Shown: positions 27,410 through 35,244, numbered from the stretch's first letter. The stretch: 64,000 nucleotides of DNA from an uncultured Clostridia bacterium (GCA_947626145.1 CANQRB010000004.1:29250-93249), one strand, 5' to 3'. Notes: generated by a model not told the origin, from the letters alone. A program made the numbers and translations.

Positions 27410-28228
27410 TCACTTTTTCCTTTCCGTCTGCATTTGCCGGTTATATTTGATCCAAACGCCAGAATAAAGAATGTTCCTTAAAATGTGGGCGTCCTGGACA
27501 AGCGGCAGCGATTCAAAGGCTTCAGCAGCTTCTCCGAGAATGGTCTTCAGCATGGAGCGGATTTCTTCCTGACTCAGAGTGACAGAAGAAAAAGGATTAT
27601 AACTTCCTTTTTTCTGGTCATGCCTTAAATCAATCGCGGCATCGGCAAGATAGATATACTTTCCGATATGATAACCAAACTTCTGCAAACGCGGCATCCA
27701 GTGATCCGGCTCAACCACAAAAATCGTTGACATCAATCTGCCAAAGCTGTTGGCTGCCGCATCTGGAGAGGCGAAGCAGGATTTCTCAATTTCAGAGATT
27801 TCATTTATTTCCTTTTCGATGATCGAACACTGATCTTTTCTTGCTGCTCTGACTTCTTCATAAGCCTTTTTAAGCAGAGTGGCATAGCACTTGTGGGAGA
27901 TATTTCGATCATCGTTCCAGTCGTCAAGACATTTGAAGTATGTCAAGGCTATTGTCATATCGGCGGCATAGTCTATATATTTACCGGACAGATAATTATG
28001 TTTCTTGCATGGATGCACGGCACATCGCACCGCTTTGCTGGTTTCCTCCGGTTCATACAAGGATGATAAAAACATAGCCAAGAATGTCAGATCGTATGTC
28101 AGTCCCAATCGCGACCTAAATCCATACCTTTCCCCCAACGCATGACACAATCCGCAATAAAAGGCACGATACCGTTCTTTTTCTTCATCAGTAAGACCGG
28201 ATAAATTGGCCTGTATGATTCCAAACAT
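27410..28228 (-). CDS. DUF5685-like protein
   Basis: 272 aa. The N-terminus MFGIIQANLSGLTDEEKERYRAFYCGLCHALGERYG...LTYDLTFLAMFL matches my memory of DUF5685. This was not verified by search. Confidence 0.55.
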   Translation of the reverse strand: MFGIIQANLSGLTDEEKERYRAFYCGLCHALGERYGFRSRLGLTYDLTFLAMFLSSLYEPEETSKAVRCAVHPCKKHNYLSGKYIDYAADMTIALTYFKCLDDWNDDRNISHKCYATLLKKAYEEVRAARKDQCSIIEKEINEISEIEKSCFASPDAAANSFGRLMSTIFVVEPDHWMPRLQKFGYHIGKYIYLADAAIDLRHDQKKGSYNPFSSVTLSQEEIRSMLKTILGEAAEAFESLPLVQDAHILRNILYSGVWIKYNRQMQTERKK

Positions 28229-28237
28229 AGTGCCACC

Positions 28238-28648
28238 TCATGTTTTGCGGGTTATTTTGCCTTTACATACCGGACAAGTGATTTCAATTTGCCCTTTTCC
28301 TTTCGGAACTCGTAGCCAACTTTTGCAGTTCGGACATTTATAATACCGATGCGTCTTTCGATCTCGCCACATATTTTTCCGACGTTTGAAACTCTGCTTC
28401 ACTTTGTCTGTATATTTCAAGAAAGTTTCCCGCTCCTTCTGTCGTTTTTCAAGATTGCGGGAAAAGCTGCGAAACATCGACCAAATCAACAGAATCATCG
28501 CAATCGGATATAGCAGAGGGACGAGCGGGGAAATGAGTACGAAAACCAGCACCGCAATCAATAGAAATTTGGAAAGCTCGTCATAGCCGTATCTTCCGTA
28601 CATCCATGCCTGCATTTTTTCTCCGAGCCTTTGCAACCATCGTTTCAT
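28238..28648 (-). CDS. Membrane-anchored zinc-ribbon protein
   Basis: 136 aa with two TM-like segments, then YYKCPNCKSWLRVPKGKGQIEITCPVCKGK (CxxC...CxxC). An AAAGGAG RBS is present. Confidence 0.65.
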   Translation of the reverse strand: MKRWLQRLGEKMQAWMYGRYGYDELSKFLLIAVLVFVLISPLVPLLYPIAMILLIWSMFRSFSRNLEKRQKERETFLKYTDKVKQSFKRRKNMWRDRKTHRYYKCPNCKSWLRVPKGKGQIEITCPVCKGKITRKT

Positions 28649-28688
28649 TTTCCGTTTCTCCTTTATCGGCTTACTCTTTTTACACCAA

Positions 28689-28722
28689 ATTTTACAGCAA
28701 GAATCTAAACTGAAACGAAACT
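28689..28722 (-). promoter_or_regulatory. Box 3: 20-bp box plus -10 hexamer upstream of the chaperone operon
   Basis: Sense strand reads AGTTTCGTTTCAGTTTAGAT-8 nt-TAAAAT. The box is identical to box 1 over all 20 nt. Confidence 0.6.
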
Positions 28723-28928
28723 AAGGAAGAGCTTTCTTCCAGACTATTTTTTCGGTAAGTTCAGTTCTGATAGATTTACTGAATAGCCGCAGAAGTCATA
28801 GACCTACATAAAAAAGAACCTCCACAACGAAGGCTCTCACGGTAAATCTCATATTGGAAGCGGCAGTATGCCTCACAGCACACTGCCACTTTACGCTTCT
28901 CATGCTTAATTAAATGTCCCGCACTATT

Positions 28929-29714
28929 TTATCCAATGCCTCTGAAAGCATTAACGGAAAGAATCGCCACGCCTAAAACCGTCAGCACCACACCAACAGC
29001 CCTGTTGAGCGTTTTGGCGCTGGCCTTGTTTGCGAACAATGCGGCGATCCTTGCCCACAACAGAGTAAACGCCACGCAGAGAGCGAGACACCATAGGTCG
29101 GGCATATCGCCAATGGCAAAATGACTGACGGCGCCGGTCAGCGCGGTAAAGGTCATAATAAAGACACTGGTACCCACAGCGGTTTTTAATTCATATCCCA
29201 AAATGCTGGTCAACAGAAGCAGCATCATCATTCCACCGCCTGCGCCCACAAAACCACAAATGAAGCCGACGACCATTCCGCAGACAATCGACTGAATCGT
29301 CCGCTTTTTTGCGCTTACGACAGCCATCGCCTCCTTTGTGGTCATGACAGGTTTTACAATAAATTTGATGCCCAAAAGCATCGTCATGAAGACGGAGAAG
29401 CTGCCCATAGTGGCGTTGGAGACCAGACTGGCTACCCAACTGCCTACTAAGGTGAAAAGCAAGACGGCCACCATCATAACAAGCCCGTTGCGAATGTCGA
29501 TGTTTTTGTTTTTTCCATAGGTATAGGCGCTGACCGCACTTGCCAGCACGTCACTTGCCAGAGCGATGCCTACCGCTTCATAAGCCGGCATACCCATAAA
29601 TGTGATCAGCATTGGGCTGATGACTGCGGCGGCGCTCATTCCGGCAAAACCGGTTCCCAAACCCGCTCCGATACCTGCTATAAAACAAACTAAAACTTTT
29701 ACCCACAGATTCAT
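28929..29714 (-). CDS. TSUP (TauE/SafE) family permease
   Basis: About 261 aa from ATG 29714, which has a GGAGAAAAA RBS. It is polytopic with Gly-rich helices (GAGLGTGFAGMSAAAVISP..., GFVGAGGGMMMLLLL). Confidence 0.8.
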   Translation of the reverse strand: MNLWVKVLVCFIAGIGAGLGTGFAGMSAAAVISPMLITFMGMPAYEAVGIALASDVLASAVSAYTYGKNKNIDIRNGLVMMVAVLLFTLVGSWVASLVSNATMGSFSVFMTMLLGIKFIVKPVMTTKEAMAVVSAKKRTIQSIVCGMVVGFICGFVGAGGGMMMLLLLTSILGYELKTAVGTSVFIMTFTALTGAVSHFAIGDMPDLWCLALCVAFTLLWARIAALFANKASAKTLNRAVGVVLTVLGVAILSVNAFRGIG

Positions 29715-29845
29715 TTTGCGTTTTTCTCCATATATTTTTTTATATTCTTTTCCACCCGCGTTATGTAGGACTGAAACTGCCGCTGACCTCTTTGTCAAGA
29801 TCGTCTGCGATGATATCCGCAAAATCGAAGCACTCTGATAAAAAA

Positions 29846-30940
29846 TCAGTTTTTCTGGCTTTCTTCTTCTGCATTTAGCTTTGATTTCGGCAATGTAACC
29901 GTAAACATGGTAAGATTGTTTTCGCTTTGAACCGAAACCGTTCCGTTGTGCAATTCCACCACTTTTTTGACAATTGCAAGCCCGATTCCGTTTCCCTCAC
30001 CGGAGTGTGAACTGTCAGCCTGATAAAATTTCTGAAAGATTCGTGATATACTTTCCGCAGGAATTTCCTCTCCCGAATTGATGATATCCACGGACAGGGA
30101 AGACGGTTGATTTTTAATATTGACTTCAATGACTCCTCCAGCGGGAGAAAATTTGATCGCGTTATCCAGCAGATTGATCCACACCTGTTTCAAAAGCTCC
30201 TCATTGGCAGAAATCCTGTATTCACCGAAATCCACTTTAAAGTCCAGTTGCTTTTTTTCCCACTTGTCGGCAAGCAACAGGATGGAAGACCGGATTTGTT
30301 CTGAAAGGTTAAACTTTACAACATCCGTTAAAATCGTTTGATTTTCTACCCGCGTCAGATTCAACACGTTTGTCGCCATATCAGAAAGCCGCAGAGATTC
30401 TTCTTCGATAACCGCCAAATATTCCCCTTTTTGTTCTTCTGTCAGGTTGCCTCGGCGAAGCAGCTTTGCAAAGCCGGCAATAGATACGATGGGCGTTTTG
30501 AATTCATGCGAAAAATTATTTACAAAATCCCCACGAAGCATCTCTGTATTTTTGAGTTCAGAAGCCATTCGATTGAAGCTGTGCGAAAGCTGCGAAAAAG
30601 TAGGATGTTTGGATATGGGCCATCCGAAATCCAATCGGGCACTGAAATCACCGGATGCCAGCCGATCGATTTGATAAATTACATTCCGCAGGGGGCGGGC
30701 GGATATTTTACTGGATAAATAGGCAACAATGACACCGACAATATTACTGATGACGATCATGTAGAGGATGATAATACCGATGTTTGATCGGATATCGGTA
30801 TCAAGCGTGACAACTTGAAAATGTACCAGCATATAAATAATAGAAGCGGTTATTGAAGTAATAATAAATTGAATGAAAAAAATAAGTGTCGATATTAAAA
30901 ACGTGAGCGCAAAATAATGTTTTCGATTTTGTTTGTTCAT
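29846..30940 (-). CDS. Sensor histidine kinase, intramembrane-sensing architecture
   Basis: Two TM helices are separated by only about 13 residues (FQVVTLDTDIRSN). HAMP follows, then the H-box FSHEFKTPI and an HATPase domain (NLLDNAIKF, GNGIGLAIV). Confidence 0.9.
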   Translation of the reverse strand: MNKQNRKHYFALTFLISTLIFFIQFIITSITASIIYMLVHFQVVTLDTDIRSNIGIIILYMIVISNIVGVIVAYLSSKISARPLRNVIYQIDRLASGDFSARLDFGWPISKHPTFSQLSHSFNRMASELKNTEMLRGDFVNNFSHEFKTPIVSIAGFAKLLRRGNLTEEQKGEYLAVIEEESLRLSDMATNVLNLTRVENQTILTDVVKFNLSEQIRSSILLLADKWEKKQLDFKVDFGEYRISANEELLKQVWINLLDNAIKFSPAGGVIEVNIKNQPSSLSVDIINSGEEIPAESISRIFQKFYQADSSHSGEGNGIGLAIVKKVVELHNGTVSVQSENNLTMFTVTLPKSKLNAEEESQKN

Positions 30941-31611
30941 ACTTTTTTCACCGCCTTATATCCGAGCCCGCGCACGGATTCGATATCAAATTCTTCCCAA
31001 CCCTCGAACCGTTTGCGGAGCCTGCCGATGTGAACCGTCACAGTTTCCCACCCGGTATCGCTCTCAGCGCCCCAGATTTCATCCATCAGTTGAATCCGTG
31101 TAAAAATCTTTCCGGGGTATGACAGCAATTTATAAAGTAACAAAAATTCCTTTTGCGGGAGTTCTTGTGTCTCGCCGTTTTTGGTCACGGTAAAGGAATC
31201 GTAATCCAAAATTACATTTCCAATCGTCATTTTACGTTCGTTGGCAATTTGAGCGCGGCGTAGAAGTGCTTTGATTCGCCAGAGCATTTCTTCCTCATCA
31301 ATCGGTTTTGTCATGTAGTCGTCAATCCCTAATGAAAAACCTTTATGTTTATCTTCGGGGAGCTGTTTTGCCGAAACCATAAGAATGGGAAGATTGTTCT
31401 TGCTTTCGCGGAGGATTTTTGTAAATTCATATCCGTCCATTTTCGGCATCATTATGTCGAGAATCACAAGGTCAATATACTCTTTATCCATTACATCGAG
31501 GGCGTCTTCACCGTTTTCCGCAGTAAATACAGAATAGTGCTCCGTTTCAAGCACGGCTTTGAGCAGCCGGCGTGTATTTTTATCGTCGTCTACAACAAGA
31601 ATTTGGAACAT
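30937..31611 (-). CDS. OmpR/PhoB-family response regulator
   Basis: Receiver domain (ILVVDDDKN...DLVILDIMMPKMDG...MVSAK) plus winged helix (VTVHIGRLRKRF...VRGLGYK). Its stop overlaps the kinase start by 4 nt. Confidence 0.93.
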   Translation of the reverse strand: MFQILVVDDDKNTRRLLKAVLETEHYSVFTAENGEDALDVMDKEYIDLVILDIMMPKMDGYEFTKILRESKNNLPILMVSAKQLPEDKHKGFSLGIDDYMTKPIDEEEMLWRIKALLRRAQIANERKMTIGNVILDYDSFTVTKNGETQELPQKEFLLLYKLLSYPGKIFTRIQLMDEIWGAESDTGWETVTVHIGRLRKRFEGWEEFDIESVRGLGYKAVKKV

Positions 31612-31642
31612 TGTTTACACCTCCTAATAATCAATATAAGAT

Positions 31643-31676
31643 AAGATAACATACAAATCTAAACTGAAAAGAAAGT
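31643..31676 (-). promoter_or_regulatory. Box 4: 20-bp box plus -10 hexamer upstream of the two-component system (autoregulation candidate)
   Basis: Sense strand reads ACTTTCTTTTCAGTTTAGAT-8 nt-TATCTT, preceded by TGT (extended -10). It matches box 1 at 18 of 20 positions. The -10 lies about 30 nt upstream of the regulator ATG. Confidence 0.6.
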
Positions 31677-32096
31677 GTGCGAGTTTAATCCCCAAAATTT
31701 ATTATTTCGTTCAGCAGGCTTTTTCGCGTCTTTGAGCAACAGCCACATCTTTCCCATTTTATCGACTCCTGCAATACGTCCGGCAAAACAGTAATAATTT
31801 AATCATGCGGGGAGAGATACCCCATTTTTCGCTGCCTATTTGAACGTCATGTAATTAAAATATCGCACCTCCACATATAAAATTATATTTCGTTATCTTG
31901 AAGAAAGCAAGTGCATTTGATGAACATTAGATGAATTATTTACCCTCGCTACTGAAACTGTAAAGACATATCCAAATAAAGAAAGGGACTGTAAAATGGA
32001 TCAATTTCAATAAAGCGGACAGAAAAACATAAGATGGCAGGAAATTATGTAAAATATTCAATATCCATATTTCTCATAAAGTATATCACATAAAAA

Positions 32097-32318
32097 TCAT
32101 AAAAGATATTTGTCTTGATTTTCGATTACATATTGAAGCCATTCCTCTGGAGTAGGAATGTCGTTTGAAGATGGTATTTTTTTCCACTGTGCTCTAATTT
32201 CAGGATTTGAACTGGTCATTCCAAATTTTATTCGCTCTGAAATTATAACTTTAATTTCGTCAACCGTCATATTCCTTTTCTCAGCTATTTCGGCTAATGT
32301 TATTTTTATCTGTTTCAT
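32097..32318 (-). CDS. Small hypothetical protein (73 aa)
   Basis: GGAGG RBS. It is divergent from the XRE gene. No family was recognised. Confidence 0.55.
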   Translation of the reverse strand: MKQIKITLAEIAEKRNMTVDEIKVIISERIKFGMTSSNPEIRAQWKKIPSSNDIPTPEEWLQYVIENQDKYLL

Positions 32319-32502
32319 GGACCGCCTCCTATTAATTTATTGTTTGTATTATTCCATAATATAACCGTATGCCCTTTGCGGGGCGTATATAATCTACTGA
32401 TTATGACTATTATATCACATTTTTGTGATTTAGAATAGTATTAATAGAAATTATTTTTAGAAGGTTATCTTTATGGATGTACAAAAGCGCATCAGGTAGT
32501 TG

Positions 32503-32787
32503 ATGGCGGAAAGAGGCTGGTCAGACTATAGGCTTGCAAAGGAGTCCAACCTCTCTCACTCAACTATAACGAATATATTCAACAGAAATAACGCCCCAAC
32601 GCTGCCAACATTGGAGTCCGTATGTTCCGCTTTGGGGGTAACCATGTCACAGTTTTTCACTGAAGGCGACGAACCCGTTGTGTTGAGCAGCGAACAAAAA
32701 ATAATACTTGATAGGTTCAACACGTTATCACCGACTCAGAGAAAAGTCATTATTGAACTGCCTGGCAATATGAACAAAGGCACATGA
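32503..32787 (+). CDS. XRE-family helix-turn-helix regulator (the N-terminus is preceded by an in-frame TAG)
   Basis: MAERGWSDYRLAKESNLSHSTITNIFNRNNAPTLPTLESVCSALGVTMSQFF. Upstream and in frame, ATG 32473 encodes MDVQKRIR and then TAG (32497-32499). Confidence 0.75.
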   Translation: MAERGWSDYRLAKESNLSHSTITNIFNRNNAPTLPTLESVCSALGVTMSQFFTEGDEPVVLSSEQKIILDRFNTLSPTQRKVIIELPGNMNKGT

Positions 32788-32835
32788 TGTCATAACAAGA
32801 CAGAGACCGGTCGATGAGCTTTTTTCGACATTGCT

Positions 32836-32871
32836 AAAAAACCTGCATACATTTCTGTGTGCAGGTTTTTC
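32836..32871. terminator. Bidirectional terminator after the XRE gene
   Basis: aaaaaACCTGCATACA-tttc-TGTGTGCAGGTttttt (one G-U pair). Confidence 0.75.
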
Positions 32872-32883
32872 AAATATAAAAAT

Positions 32884-32990
32884 CTAACGATTACTCAATA
32901 ATCCAACGATTACCCCAAAAAACTAACGATTTCCCATAAAACCAACGATTTCCCATAAATCCAACGATTTCCCATAAATCCAACGATTAC
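32884..32990. repeat. Six iterons with an AACGATT core at 19-20 bp spacing
   Basis: Cores lie at 32886, 32905, 32925, 32944, 32963 and 32982. The middle units are near-identical (CCAACGATTTCCCATAAAT). Confidence 0.9.
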
Positions 32991-33080
32991 ACGGCGGCGA
33001 GTTAGGATGGATAATTTCCGAAAAGCAAAAACTGCATTTATTGCCTCCGTAAGGTGCGGAAAAATTATGCCGACCATACA

Positions 33081-33106
33081 AAAAAGCCGATAATATCGGC
33101 TTTTTT
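33081..33106. terminator. Bidirectional hairpin terminator
   Basis: aaaaaGCCGAT-aat-ATCGGCtttttt. Confidence 0.6.
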
Positions 33107-33149
33107 GCACAAAGAAAGAACCTTGACTTTGTATCAAAATCAAGGTTCT
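33107..33149 (-). terminator. Terminator downstream of tRNA-Ser
   Basis: AGAACCTTGA-13 nt-TCAAGGTTCT forms a perfect 10-bp stem. On the minus strand it is followed by TTCTTTGTG. Confidence 0.6.
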
Positions 33150-33153
33150 TATT

Positions 33154-33244
33154 TGGCGGAGAGAAAGGGATTCGAACCCTTGATCGGGGTTAACCGATAC
33201 ACGATTTCCAGTCGTGCGCCTTAGACCAGCTCAGCCATCTCTCC
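33154..33244 (-). tRNA. tRNA-Ser (anticodon GGA)
   Basis: Folded by hand. The acceptor stem is GGAGAGA/TCTCTCC. The anticodon arm is CACGA-CUGGAAA-UCGUG. A long variable arm (ATCGG...CCGAT) and a T-arm (AAGGG-TTCGAAT-CCCTT) are present. The discriminator is G and CCA is encoded. Confidence 0.93.
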
Positions 33245-33259
33245 GCGCTGACAAACGGT

Positions 33260-33288
33260 ATTATAGCACATATTTTGCCGTTTGTCAA
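33260..33288 (-). promoter_or_regulatory. Consensus sigma-70 promoter of the tRNA-Ser gene
   Basis: On the minus strand: TTGACA, a 17-nt spacer, then TATAAT. The predicted TSS lies about 9 nt before the tRNA 5' end. Confidence 0.8.
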
Positions 33289-33368
33289 GGACTTTTTTCA
33301 ATTCTTATATCAAAAATTTATATCTTATATCAAAAATTTAAACAAAATTTAGAAAAGAATTAGGAAAA

Positions 33369-34067
33369 TCATTTACAGGCCTCAACGAAGCTGAGAAGGA
33401 TCTTAAACTGATCCTCATCACCGCGCCAGGAAAATTCCGGGTGCCACTGTACCGCCTGAACAAAGCGTTTCTCCGGACAGTATACGGCTTCGATCAGGCC
33501 GTCGGGAGCGGCGGCCATCGCCTTCAGCCCCGGCGCAAGAGCCTTTATGCCCTGATGATGATAGCTGTTCACACTCAGGATATCCTTCTGCAAAAGATGC
33601 CGCAGCGGTGAACCGGGCACGAGACAGACCTCGTGCCAGCCGCGGTCATAGGGCGGCACCATTTTATGACAGACGGCATCCTCCTTTTGAGACGGGATAT
33701 CCTGATACAGCGTACCGCCCAAGACCGCGTTGATAAACTGTATTCCACGGCATATGCCGAAAACAGGCCTGTCCAGCTCAAAGGCCTGACGGAACAGCTC
33801 CGTTTCCAACCGGTCACGGGGCGGATAGGGAGCGCCGCAGGAGCGCAGCCTTTTCTCACCGTAAAGCGCCGGATCCACGTCCTGACCTCCGGTAAACAGG
33901 AAGCCGGAGCACAGCTCCGCCATCTCCCCCACGCTGTCGGGGTCAAAGGGCAGGATCACGGGCAGCGCTCCGCAGGCCGTCAAGGCGTCCACATACCCCG
34001 GCAGCATCCAGATACTGTCTTTTTCCGTATCAAAAAGGGGCACAACGCCGATAACAGGTTTTTTCAC
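33369..34067 (-). CDS. Class-I glutamine amidotransferase / peptidase C26 (gamma-glutamyl-GABA hydrolase-like)
   Basis: GICRGIQFINAVLGG (nucleophile Cys) and VNSYHHQGI. Confidence 0.85.
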   Translation of the reverse strand: MKKPVIGVVPLFDTEKDSIWMLPGYVDALTACGALPVILPFDPDSVGEMAELCSGFLFTGGQDVDPALYGEKRLRSCGAPYPPRDRLETELFRQAFELDRPVFGICRGIQFINAVLGGTLYQDIPSQKEDAVCHKMVPPYDRGWHEVCLVPGSPLRHLLQKDILSVNSYHHQGIKALAPGLKAMAAAPDGLIEAVYCPEKRFVQAVQWHPEFSWRGDEDQFKILLSFVEACK

Positions 34068-34146
34068 ATAAATTACCTCGTTTCGTCGCCGCCCCTTTGC
34101 GGTCGGTATTCAGAAATTTGTATTAAATATCCATAGCGCCGGCAGG

Positions 34147-35244
34147 TCAGCCCAGCTTCTTATAGTTGCCCAGGAACCGATAGCTGGGGGCGTAGGCCTT
34201 GAGCTTGTCCAGCGTGGCGCTGACATCCATCTTGCCCACGTTGCCCTCAAGGTCCACAAAGAACAGGTACTCGCCCAGCTTGTCGGGAATGGGGCGGCTC
34301 TCTATCTTAGCCAGATTCAGGCCGGACTCCTTGAAAAAGCCCAGAGCCTCGAAAAGGGCTCCGCTGACGTGCGGCGTGGAAAACATGATGGAAATTTTGT
34401 TGTTTTGCTCATCTGTGATTGGATTTTTACTTATTATGATGAAGCGGGTGCGGTTGTTGTCGGCAAAATTGATATTTGTCTGAAGTATCTTCAGGCCGTA
34501 TATCTCGGCGGCCCGGGCGGAGCATATCGCCGCCTTGGAGGGGTCGTTCATCTCGGCCACCATGTTGGCGGCCACGGCGGTGTTCACCACCTTGGTCTGT
34601 ATCCACTCCTTGTCGGAGAGGTATTCCTTGCTCTGATAAAAGCCCTGCTCGTGGGAGTAAACCTGCTCAATGCCGTCTATTTCCGCGTCCTGAGTGCCCG
34701 CCAGACAGTGGCGCACCTCCACGTAGGTCTCGCCGGCGATATAGACCTCGTACTTTTTCAGCAGGTCAAAGACCTCCATAATGGAGCCGGTGGAGTAATT
34801 TTCCACCGGAAGCACGCCGTAGTCGGCCCGGCCGCTCTCCACCTCGCGGAACACATCTTCAAATGTAAGGACGTTGTAAATGCTGTCGCCGAACACCGCC
34901 GCCGCAGCCTCGCTGCCATAGCTGCCGTTAAGGCCCTGATAAGCCGCCGTGCCGCTGAGACGGCCCTTTTCGTAGGTGCGCATTATGCTCCGCTGGAGCT
35001 TGCGGCTCTGGGATAATATGCACTTGAATATTTCCTCAATGTGCCTGTGGTAAGCGGGGTTTTCGGCACGGGAAACACGGTCGGCCAGGATGAGCCGCTC
35101 CCGCTCGGGGTCAAGGATTTTCATGCCGTTGAGCATTTTAATGTTGCCGACCTCCTCGCTGGCGGCCATACGCTTCTCAAAAAGAGCCACCAGCTGGGTG
35201 TCCACCTCGTCGATTATTTTGCGCTGTTGTTCCAGTTCAGTCAT
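34147..35244 (-). CDS. pheA: Bifunctional chorismate mutase / prephenate dehydratase
   Basis: N-terminal CM domain (RKIIDEVDTQLVALFEKRMA...), a PDT domain, and a C-terminal ACT region (ISIMFSTPHVSGALFEALG...). Confidence 0.9.
   Translation of the reverse strand: MTELEQQRKIIDEVDTQLVALFEKRMAASEEVGNIKMLNGMKILDPERERLILADRVSRAENPAYHRHIEEIFKCILSQSRKLQRSIMRTYEKGRLSGTAAYQGLNGSYGSEAAAAVFGDSIYNVLTFEDVFREVESGRADYGVLPVENYSTGSIMEVFDLLKKYEVYIAGETYVEVRHCLAGTQDAEIDGIEQVYSHEQGFYQSKEYLSDKEWIQTKVVNTAVAANMVAEMNDPSKAAICSARAAEIYGLKILQTNINFADNNRTRFIIISKNPITDEQNNKISIMFSTPHVSGALFEALGFFKESGLNLAKIESRPIPDKLGEYLFFVDLEGNVGKMDVSATLDKLKAYAPSYRFLGNYKKLG

Noticed and set aside
29715-29845. Possible fifth regulator box upstream of the TSUP permease gene (GCAGTTTCAGTCC).
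   Set aside because: Only 8 nt (GTTTCAGT) match the box, and the fixed box-to-(-10) geometry is absent. The permease is more simply read as co-transcribed with the two-component genes.
31690-31790. 31-codon minus-strand ORF (MGKMWLLLKDAKKPAERNNKFWGLNSHTFFSV) with an AGGAG RBS, upstream of the response regulator.
   Set aside because: It runs through box 4 and the promoter, shows no conservation evidence, and is too short to support. It may be a remnant.
32884-32990. Possible CRISPR array.
   Set aside because: The units are contiguous 19-20 bp iterons without intervening unique spacers, and no cas genes are present. No CRISPR array was seen anywhere in the window.
32910-33143. 77-aa minus-strand ORF.
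   Set aside because: It is generated by the iteron array (repetitive ...MGNRWIYGKSLVLWEI...). It has no RBS and runs across two terminators.
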